Positions 1-11,056 of a stretch of DNA of 64,000 bases are shown here, piece by piece. Where the stretch lies: contig OZ241826.1 of the NCBI GenBank assembly GCA_965202585.1, forward strand, positions 48,112,001-48,176,000. Reading direction: 5' to 3'. Under the pieces are notes generated by a model, which saw only the letters and a list, made by a program, of their open reading frames with translations, had not been told where the DNA came from and searched no databases. Position numbers and translations under genes: made by a program. The DNA is from Thalia democratica. Lineage: Eukaryota. Numbering within the stretch: position 1 is the first letter of the stretch; each line of letters begins with the position of its first letter.

Positions 1-3000
1 TTCAATTTGAATGACGTCACTTTCCTTCTCGATCACAGGTTCCGACGGTTGGTAGGAAATATCGCTCATGTTGATGCCGTCTTCGAAGTAGTAGTTGTTG
101 TCCCCAACAACGTCGTAGAATGACGACGAGGCGATGCTCAAGTCGTCGCCATGAGATCCGGAAACTTGGTCGGGAAGCTGGCAGTCGTCCAACTCTGATA
201 CGCTGATGAATAATATTTAGTTTAATATTGTGTATGAAACTATCTATCTAAAACACTTTTTTTACAAAACAATTTAATTTTTTTCTACTTGGAAGCAATT
301 TCAATAACAATAACTGATAACCCTTTACTACATATTACTAGTTATATAATTAATACCTACAAACTATATAAATTACTAAGTTATTTGCTTACCTCGCGTC
401 GTATGTGAAATCATCTGTCTGATCCACAGTTTTCTGTTTGTTAACAACTTTTATAAAAAGCAAAAAATCTGTAACTTAACTCTTATAAACAGTTATCTAA
501 ATCCAAAAGCTGATGGCTTATAGTTATTCGGCGTAAATCTTTTGTATACATTTTTTGAAAACTATAAAATTTTCTAGAAACTTAATCCACTAAACACTTG
601 ATAAAACAATAAAAACCTCAGGACTGCTTTTATCTCCGTCGTTTGAAAGTTCTATTCCTGATTCAAAATCTTCGTCCTTTTCCTTCATTTTCTTGATGAT
701 AAAAAGTTTATGGTTATTCAAAACTTTTTTTTAATTAATTTAACTTTGGTATTTTAATTATATAATCATTTAATATTAGATTAAACTATAGTTATACAAA
801 AAATTAATAAAAAGATTAAGATACAGATTAAAAAGATTAATACTATGGTTAAATACTTAATTGTTTAATGAAATTGTTATATAGGTATTCAAAAGAGTTT
901 CAGTAGATATAAAACAAATCAAAAATTTTACTACTTTTTAAATGTTTTAAACTTTCCACTTAGAAATAATTATCAAATAAAAGCATTAAATATCCCTTTT
1001 TGTATCAAGATAATTTTTACCATATAAAACTAAACTGTAAGAATGTTTAAAATCAAGCATACATTCTTTTTTTTCCTTAAATCATAACTTATTAAACATT
1101 TTTACGCATCAAAACTAACTACGTCGTTTTCTTCTATTTTAGCCATGGCATGCTTAGGAACCATTTTCATTAAACTTGTGAAAAACTCGTCTACAGTTGA
1201 ATCGTTATGTTTGTCTGTTTGTTCGTTTGCTTGTTCGTCAATCTCGATTGTATCTAAAACAAATTTAAGCTCGGCAAGTACAAAAATTTCAACTAGAAAG
1301 GTATAGCTACTAATAACAAGTAATAAAATTATGTAAATAAAATAATTACTTTTAGTACAAATTACTGCTAATAAAACATTTTCCTTAGTGTTGAAAAAAC
1401 ATTTTTTTTATTTTTGAATCGAAAACAAATTAAAGAATTTAAATATAGCTTAATAAAAAAAAATTAACAATTATTCAATTTAAATACTGCAGTAAACGCC
1501 AACTTTATCTCTTTTTGATTGAAGAGCTGTGTTTTTACACACACAACAAAACTTTAAATATGCTATAAAAATTAAAACAGAATTTTGAATTATAATCTTA
1601 AAATCAATTTAGGCCTTTATAAAAAACCTAAAGCTAGCAAAAATTACCTTCCAAACTATCATGGCTACCGTTTAAACTTCTGCCATCTTCTATGCTACTG
1701 TTCTCTGTAAAATTTCTATTTTCTTTTAAACAATCGTTCGCTTCTAAATTGTTGTTTTCTTTTAAAATAATATTCTCTTCTGAACTTTTGTTCCCTTCAA
1801 CTTGGACAACCTGACTTACGCCTTCGTCATCCTCCTTGCTTTGCACTTGACTCTCCAAACTCTTCTCGCCGACTCCGGGGGAATGCTTTTCGTCGTCGCT
1901 GCTGCTCTCAGGCACGTTGCAGACGATGGTGTAGTACTCGCTCTTCGATGGCTCCACCTTGCTCGGTATGCTGTTGATCATGTTGGTCAGGTTGAGCATC
2001 TGCTGCGTGGCGGACAACGCTCGGCTCAGCTTCGTGTCTTCCGCAATGTTGGCTGGAGGAGATGGCAGGCTGATGCTCCGCTGCTCCTTGCTGATCAGCT
2101 CTTGCTTCACTGTGAGTTAGAATGATTTTTTATAATATAATTTTCTGAAACTATTTAAACAGTATTGATAGAAGCAACTAATAGTCGAAAACTTCACGTA
2201 TCAATATAATTCAAAAATAAAAAGTGATTAAAAAAACAAAAACGGAAAAAATACCGACCGTTCTCCTTGTAGTCGTCCTGCTGCGGTATGGGGGGATTGA
2301 CCCCGTCGTAATCTCCCACCCAGCTCTCGCAGCTCTTCATGCACCGAACGATGTTGTACCTGCTGTCTTCCAGGTAGTCCATGTACGAGGTGAACAGCTT
2401 CATCTGAGACGTGAGGTCGGGTCCGAACTCGGCCATCGTGTTCAAGGAGCTCATCGAGTTGTTAAGAGACGCTGAAGACTCGTCGAACATCGCTGTAATG
2501 TAAGAATACATAACAGATTTTATCAAAAAAGATATTCAAAACAACCTTAATACATAATAAAACCAATAAATTTTTTTTTTTCTAATTTACTTGTTTTATT
2601 TGCATTTTAAATGCATTTTTGTTATATAGAACTATAAAAAAATATTAGTAGTAATCAAATAACAATTACAATTTTAACTTCAAAACCAAACACACCACTA
2701 ATGTTGGCAGGTTTTTGATCACCAGCAACCATGTCGATTGTGACTGACAAATCTTCATTTATGGTGTATATGGAGTTAGCTGAGCTTGACGCTTGTGGCG
2801 CGTCAGAAGGCTGCTTCAAAATCATTTCGTTTTGTTTTTGATTTTTCTGTTTTAAAATAAAATAAACACTTTAGATTTTAACAAAGGCACAAAGATTGAC
2901 CCAAAAGTAAGTTTAAATTATTATTTTAACAAGTATACCGAAAACGTAACATTCAATGAGCTTAGTTTCTAAACACAAAAAAACTCTACTGATCACAAAC

Positions 3001-6000
3001 AATATTGTATATACTTTGAAAAACATTACAAAAGCTGAACTAAGTTGTTAAACGTATAAACCAAAACCTGCTGTTGATCTTCAGACAGCTTGTGGTTGGT
3101 AGGCTTCATCAGGTCCTCCTCTTTTCTCTTCTTCGAAGATTCGTCTTCCTGGAAGAGCTTCAACCCGCTTGTCAACTGGAGGAACCTGAAAGCCGAAGAG
3201 TTGTACAAATCCACGTCGTTGATGGACTTGCGCTGACTCGCCATGATGTGCTGACACGGTATCAAGTATCTGTAAGGAGAGTTAATGAAACTAACATCAT
3301 CGAAAAAGGGGTTCAAAATCCACCCAGTCAAATTTGAGAAACGCTTACCGATCGAGGTTAAGGGTTAGGGGTAACATGATAGTAAAAAATAAATAAAAGG
3401 CGTAAAACGAATATAAAATAAATTAAAAAATAAAGAAAATACTTTAAAAATTAAGGTGGATTTTGAACGCGGGTGGATTTTGATAGTATACCCAAAAAAT
3501 CAACACGTTAGCTACTAGACATTAAGTTGCTTAAAAATAAACCGATACAAGCCCAAGGTAAGCAAACAAGCTTTCATGTACTTTTTTTATCAAAACTACC
3601 AAAAACCTAGTTTACTAAAAAAAATATATAGAAGAGAATTCTAAAATAACATTCAACCACTTAAAATAAAAATAAATTTACTCAGTTACTTTATACAAAT
3701 TACTGTCTTCCAGCGTTTGTATAGCAAAACATTTTAACAAAATTATACTACATAAACTTTTTTAATATTAATTTATACAGAAGTTTTTGTAACTTAAAAA
3801 GTATGAAACTAACTTAAAAACAAGCTGTAGCATGAGATCTTCGCAATTTAAATCGATCAAAGTTCTGATAAGTGACAATGACACCAACGACAACTGCAAT
3901 TGATTTATTGAACATTATTTTTAATAAATCGAAGTATAGCAAGTGATGTTTGTATAACGAATAGGTTTTTAATGCATACATTAAATTATCGATTATTTAT
4001 GTTTTTTTAGAGATTTTTAATCTTAAGTCAAACTATACCATATTTAAAGAATATTATAACTTATTATATAAGTTTATTTCATCATTATTACAAAAAAAAA
4101 AGTTGTTTTCGATATGGCTATGTAACTTTTTATCAAATATCAAAGAATAAGTACGTTATATTATGTTTGTTTTTAAAATCAGTATCTTTTTAAGTTTGTT
4201 ATGAAAGGAGTTATATAAACTTTACTTAAGTTATTTTTTTAACAAAACTTCATAAAAAAATTGATTCTAGTTCTTTGATTATGGAAATTAAAAAAAATAT
4301 ATTAGAAGTTCAAACAGTTTTAACTGGACTGTTTTTTTACCCAAAATTACTTTTAAAGTTTTTATAATTAAGAATATTGTTATTTTTTACCGTTTTCAAA
4401 GTAATTCACTGAAACTAAATGATAAACTGAAGCGTAAAATTTAATTTTCACACAAAAAGTATAAACAAGAAACTTGTTATACAAGTTTTTACGCTAGTAA
4501 AAAAACATTGAAACACGAAGTCAATATCAACCAATATGAGCTTAAATTAAGGGTTGATCATACCATTTCGATCTTCAGACCACAAGCCCTCGGTAGACTG
4601 AGACCGGTTTCGTCCTGATTAGGACTCATTAGTCAGTCACTACCTAAAAACTTGCAGTCTTCAATCTACAAACGGTTTATACATGCAAGCATGAAGCAAC
4701 TATTTGCTGACATTGATCAGTGACGTCTGCAACATTCAATACATTGTCCACTAGGCAAGATAAGAGCTTTAAGCTTAGAAAAAACTCCGCCTATAAATCT
4801 TTATGTCACTAAGGTCTAAAAAATTTTGTAACAAAAAAAAACACTTAGTTTAAAATGTAACGAAATATGTAATTTCATATGTCTGATATAGACCAATGAA
4901 CGAACGCGGTTGGAGCTGTTCATGCGCTGCACGAGCGTGTTGATGATGAGCGACCCCTCGTGATCGTGGGTGAGGACGAAGTTGAGGAAGCACTTGATGA
5001 GGGGCTGGGCGGTGACGGAGGTGAGGAACAGGTTCAAGTAGGCGGTCGTCACTATCACCTCCGATACAGACGTCTGAAAATTAATGAACTTGTTGTATCT
5101 CTAGTGAAGTAAAATTTTAGTTGTTGAAAACTATTCGGAAAAAAAGTGATGAAAACTAATTTTTTTAACATCAAAAGTTTTATTTTTATTTAATTGATTT
5201 TTTAATTATTTTTTAATTATTTTGTTATTGTTTTTTTTTTTTAATTTATAACATTAGAAAAAAAAAATCCATCAACTTCAAGTATTTGACGATCACTAGT
5301 AAGTTGTTTAAGTGCCATTAAAAAAAATCAGCCAAACAAAGTATAAGTGTTTTTAAAAAAATAAGAAATTAGATAAAAAAAAAATATTTATAAGATTTTT
5401 AAACTATTTTTTGATTGAGTATACTTGAAATAATGATGTATGTTTTTGTTAGATAACTTACGGACATAAAAAAATTACTATCAGGTTTCAATTAATTAAT
5501 ATAGCAATAATATTTTACATTTTTTTTCAACATTAATACAAAAAATCTTTTTTAACTATTAAAAATTTTAAAGTTTTAAAAATAGAACTAAACAACAATT
5601 GCTTTAAATGTAACACATATTATACTAGCACACCTTATACTAACAAATTTTTATTTGTTTAGTTAAAAGAAAAACAAATTACTTGCTTGAATTAAATTAT
5701 ATTCTATTTATTTTTTCTCTGAGATATTAATAATAGTTAATGTATGCAAACCAAAAAACTAAAGCCTTTTATAAACAAGTAAATTACTTTAAACAAGAAA
5801 AAAAAAACAATAATTTATGATTTTTTTTATGTTTTTAAGCTACTTAATTACTAAAACTTAATTTGTTTAATGTTTCTCAATTTTCATTTAAGTACGGAAA
5901 AAATATAAATATTTTGCTACTTGATCAGTGAAAATTAATTAAACTAATGCAAAATCTTAAGCAAATCAATTTATTATTTTAAATGTTACATCACGTTTTC

Positions 6001-9000
6001 AAAACAAAAACTAAATATAATTTTATAGAGTAAACAAATAAATTAAAAGTTAATTTTGAGAACAAAAAAAAAAGCTATAATTGTAATTCTGAAACAAAAG
6101 CTATTAATGTATTGTTATTTCAGCTTTTTAAAATCTAAAAAATGCACATTTATTAGTAGATTCAGCAAAAACCATTGTTCTATTATTCAGCTTACAAAAT
6201 GTACAACATCATGACTGACACACTTGTGATGCGAAATCATTAGTATATTTCCTATGCGATTAAAGTATAAAAATATATATCGATATGCCAATTTTATAAA
6301 ATACAAAACGTGGGAGCCATAGTAAGATAATGTACATAACGAATAAAAAAATAGCGAAATTTAGTTAATTTTACAGCATTTGATAGATTCTCTGTACAAA
6401 ACGTCTCTGAAATTTTGCAAATACAAACTACTTAATTTATATAAAATAAAAGTTTAAAAAAATTACAGGCACGTAAAAAAAAAAAAAAAAATAACGAATT
6501 TAAAATAAATAAAACGTTGAATTTAAAAAATTTCAGTTATAAAATTGTGATAAAAGGCTTTGTTTGACGTTTTAATCGTAGTATAATTGAGTTGTAATCT
6601 TTTAAATATAAATATTAATAAATTCTCAATCGCAGCTAACACAAGAATATTAAAAAGACAGCAAACTGAAAAACACTGGTGGAAGTAAAACTTATTTTAT
6701 ATCATAAATACTATATACGTTTTCGAAAAACCTAAAGTTTTTTAGAAAAAAACTATTCTACAAGTGGAAAGAAACAAACTAGTTTGATTATTAACAAAAC
6801 AACAACAAATAACAATTTATTCTATATTATGTGTTACTAATTAGAATCATAAAAAATAGCAGTAAGAAAAACTGAAACCATTTTAAAGAATTAATAAAGA
6901 TAATTATAGAACTAGTTAAGATAATAAAAAAAATATCTGTTTAAAATTATTTATTTTTTATTATTTCGGGTATAAAATAACTTTCATATTTCTTACAAGT
7001 AATTCTATATTTTTACTAACATCAACAAGGCATCTAGTATCTAAAACTTAGCCAATAGTTTTTCATTGAAAATTATTTTAACAAACTAATTGAAAAAAAA
7101 TTAATCGCTGAAACCTTATTCACTAGACTTACTCCGCCTTCAATCTCAACCTCGTTTATTTTCTGCCAGTAAACTTGTTGTTACACTTCTAGCATTAAAA
7201 ATTTAAGCAAAATGTTTAGCATTTAAATTTAGGTAATTCGCGTTCAGTTTTTCACAAAATGCGAAATTAATATTTAATGAAATGGTTTCTACGTTCTCTC
7301 AAACGTTTTTAAAGAAAACATTTGTTTTTAAATTTAATTTTTAAGGTCATAAACATTTTGGCCACTTTTGAAGATACTTGAGAAAATTAAGAATTTACAA
7401 CTAAATTTTTTTATCTAATATAAATTCATTAGATTGTATAGAGATAACATGCTTACTTAAATTTTATGTTAAATAATATTCAAAATACTAAGTTTTAATT
7501 TATTTGGTACCTTGTGTAGAGAAGGACCAAACACTGAGACTAAAAATCCATTGTGAATAAAGTTTATGAGCTGATCGCTTATAATAGAATGAGCTACCTG
7601 TCAATAAAAAAAAGTTTAAGTAAATCTCTAGAAAATAAATTTAACCAAGTCTATTTTAAATAGCTTAAAGTGTTTGACTAAAACTACAATGTGTATTTTA
7701 GCAATGAGGTTACTTATCAATATTTTTACTTTAAATAAAGGTTATCAAAGGAAAAATAAACAGAGAACACTTAAATACCTCTATAACAGAATTGCAAAAT
7801 TCAAATGAGTTGAGAAAGTTTGTCAGTTCAGGAACTTTAGCCCAGTCAGCCTTTTGCAGGCAATGCCAGTCATCAGCTTTTATGTCGATGTGCCTTGGCA
7901 AAGTTGAATACAATCCGCTTAAACCAGTTGCCAAGACCTAAAATTCAATTTTCTACCCTTGAGTAATTAGAACAAATTAAATTGCATTTAAAAGATACGA
8001 AACCAAGTTGGAAAAAACCGATAATAGCATATAAGCAGGTTTATTGATTGTAAAGTACTTAACTACTACCGAATTAAGAAAAAATTGTGAACTCACACAT
8101 GCGAAGTTAGAGTTGTCAACAATGTAGTTCGCTATGTTGACCTGCTGGCTCGACAAACTCATGACCAGCAACAACGCGTCTCTGGCTTGTTGGCCCACTG
8201 TGCCTTCGCTGAAACAGAACTTGGTTTATTATCAATAAAAAATTATATAAATTTAATGATTATTATACTTATCAACATACCTTTTAAATTTAAATTTGGA
8301 AAAAACTTTCGTTGAACTAATTAATAAATAAAAAAACATAATTTTGTAAAGTGAAAAATGTTAGTCTTAATTTTTAGACTTTGCACAATTTACGTTACAA
8401 ACAACTAATACTTTTTTTTTTACTTTTCAAGTTTTAACTATTATTTTAAGAAGTACCAGTGAATGTATTGAATTAGAAGGGAAAATATTAGGAACTTGGC
8501 AGGACCCTGTTCAGCATCGGCACTATGAAAGAAGACTTCTAGCAAAGTGGAATCTCTGTTCATCCAAACACACAATAAATTCAACACCATCACTCTATGC
8601 GAATCTATTTCTTCATTGCTATGTAAAGATTTAAAATGTGTTTTAATTGTGCTTAATTTTTTTTTACTGTATTGTTGAACTAGAACCAGAAAAAAAACTT
8701 TTAGCTAACTTAAAGCAATATCGATGTTAAACAAATCAAAAAATATCTTCATCAACTTAAACATAATTAAAACTTAGTAAGCAATATTCAAATTTCAAAA
8801 AACTAAAAATAGTTTTAATTTTCAAACTAACAATTATATAGGAATTTATCGCTTTTTAAATTATGTATATATATATGGAACTAAAAGCTAAAACGCTATA
8901 AGTTTGCCTATAAACAAAACACAAACTTAAAATCAGTTTCTATTGAAAGAAGTCTCATCAGTGGCTTAACAACTTGCTTGTGGTGTAACAAAGAGCCTTG

Positions 9001-10526
9001 TGCCTGACTAATCAAAACTTCGTACATCTTCAACTGAATAAACAATTATTAAGTTGATTCACTTTTTTGTTTCAAAGATAAAGATCAAGAACTCATAAAC
9101 TATAGAATTTATGATGATGTATATCTTATATTTTTATCAAACTAATAAAAGTTATTTTTAATTTCATCATCTGTATACATACAACAACTTTGAATATTTA
9201 TTAAAAAGTACAAATAGATTATTTTTTAAATTATCATCAAACAACATAAAAAAACTTACAAGACTTATGAGGATATCATTAGAATGAGTTAAAGTTACTT
9301 CACACCAAACAAGTAACTTGTTAAAAACATCTTCTGTAACTGCATATTCTAAAACTGGGCCAAGCAATTCCTCTGTTATTTTTATCAAAAATTTTCATTA
9401 TATTTTCTAATAACTTATATACAAGTACAGTTCAGGGTTGCCACTGAATTTTAACTTTCTTTTAATAATATAATAACAATAATAATTTAATAATATTAAA
9501 TTAATTTAATAATTTGATGTTAAATATTCTCTAGGTTTTCAAAATTTCTCCCACCGAAAGTGCACGTTTTGGGTCTACTTTTAGTTAAAAATCAAGTTTA
9601 AGGTAAACAACTGTGTTAAGTAGTATAACAACATTATAAAGATACTGTAAAACTACTTTAAATGTGTTTTTTAAAATTAAAATATATGATGACAATTTTT
9701 TTTGTCTGTATGATAAATGTTTGTGTCAAATTGAGATTTCATTACATTACATGTAAAAATTGTTTTAAATTCCAGGTTTTTTTTTAGCCTTATTGTCAAA
9801 TTCCATGTTTTACCAGGATTCCAGGCTTTGTAGCAACCCTTTGTGCTGTTACATGGAATTAAACTTAGATATGGACAAGTAAATCTTAAGTTTTAAAATA
9901 GGCTTTTAACATGAATTAGTTTAACATAGACTTTTAAATAAAATTAGTTTTAAATAGTTTTCAAATATATAAACTACTTTTAAGCACATACACACCAAAA
10001 CAAAGACACGTACAAAAAAAAGTTATTTACAATATTGCTAATATAAAAATTTACTTAACAAAATCAATAATAATATTTAACTAAAAATACAGATGACTAA
10101 AAAAACATGATTTTTATAAATGTGGAAATAAAATTTAAAAAAAGATACCCACTTTTGCTCTGTTCCTCAACCAGTAAATACACCATGTATTGTAACAAAT
10201 TCTGAACAGTTGAAATACTTTCACTAGTTTTGGTTTCTACTTCCTTATTCTTGATCTTGTTTGAAACTGGCTGCTTCATGTTTTCCTCAATTACGTTCAT
10301 CACCTTAATCAACATTCAACATAAACTTTACAAAAAAAAGTTGTAATAAAGTTTTCAATAAACTTCGTGCTTTTACCTGCAGCCAATGAGATTTAAACAC
10401 GTCATAGCAAATGTTTGTGTCAACGTTTGAATTTTGCTGAAAGTTGTTTAAGTTCTGTAATTTTGGCTGCCCGTCGCCTGCTGCTCCAGAAACTGATTGT
10501 TTTTTAAGCTTCTTGAACCAGCTCAT
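1..10526 (-). CDS. FHIP1: FHF complex subunit HOOK-interacting protein 1 (FHIP1 / FAM160A family); multi-exon, 3' part continues beyond window start
   Basis: Manually spliced exons (approx.): 10377-10526, ~10150-10303, ~9261-9373, ~8930-9033, ~8457-8617, 8097-8208, 7779-7937, 7511-7597, (7133-7162), 4906-5073, 3814-3893, 3068-3269, 2696-2846, 2259-2492, 1648-2109, 1123-1253, 617-691, 392-447, 1-204. Translation gives FAM160A motifs: CYDVFKSHWLQV, EGTVGQQARDALLLVM, VLATGLSGLYSTLPRHI..DDWHCL, FEFCNSVIEVAH..FIHNGFLV..GPSLHK, TSVSEVIVTTAYL, YLIPCQHIMASQRKSINDVDLY. Splice phases of the last short exons (617-691, 392-447) are not fully resolved. Confidence 0.93.
4596..4638 (-). ncRNA. Minimal type I hammerhead ribozyme with G5A core substitution (probably inactive), intronic in FHIP1
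   Basis: Minus strand reads GACTGA-CTAATGA-GTCCT-AATC-AGGAC-GAAA-CCGG-TC/TCAGTC: 6-bp stem I, 5-bp stem II, GAAA, palindromic ACCGGT stem III, GUC cleavage triplet. The core is CUAAUGA instead of CUGAUGA. Confidence 0.85.
9432..9840. mobile_element. MITE of the CAGGGTTGCCA-TIR family (degenerate right end)
   Basis: Starts CAGGGTTGCCAC and ends TAGCAACCCT, with AAATTCCAGG subterminal repeats. Internal sequence is shared with the copies at ~51370-51677 and 57761-58137. Confidence 0.65.
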
Positions 10527-11056
10527 AATGTGGCTGGCGTGAATTAGTTGCTCGAAATGGTATAAATGTTTACAATTCTAAATTTTAATACATATTTATT
10601 CCTTTATTTTAAATTTTCTAAATTTTAACATAACTTTAATCAAAATATTGCTTATAATTCTTCAACTACTAAGCTAAAGAATATGTCTATATATCTATAT
10701 AAAATTATTAATCGACTACTTTATTTAAAATCAATAGACCAAAATATGCTTTCAGGGAATAAAAGTTTTAAGAATAACTGTTATATAACTTTTTCAAATG
10801 TCGTTGACAATGTATAGTTAAGGTTATCATTTTATAAAACTAGTAGATAACACTAAAACTGTTTACAAGGTATTTTTTTTATCTACTTCGTAAAACTTAA
10901 AAACTAATTTATTCTACAATATTTTAATAAAAATGTACCTAAAACACCAGAAAAATACTAATTTAAATAAAAAATCTCATAATGAAAAGTTCAAGTTGCT
11001 TAACACTATTTTAAACTAAAATTTCCTAGATATAAATATATATTACAGTCAACAGT

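Noticed and set aside
1802-3337. Plus-strand ORFs 1802-2125, 2224-2475 and 3074-3337
   Set aside because: Antisense shadows of GC-rich FHIP1 exons with no recognisable protein features.
3357-3370. TTAGGG-like motifs here and at ~42113-42127
   Set aside because: Only one or two units each, inside small intronic repeat-like segments (14-bp inverted repeat GTTCAAAATCCACC around the first); not telomeric arrays.
4550-4590. Possible second hammerhead core (minus strand CTGAAGA-TC-GAAA) next to the intronic ribozyme
   Set aside because: No convincing stem II, stem III or stem I can be drawn.
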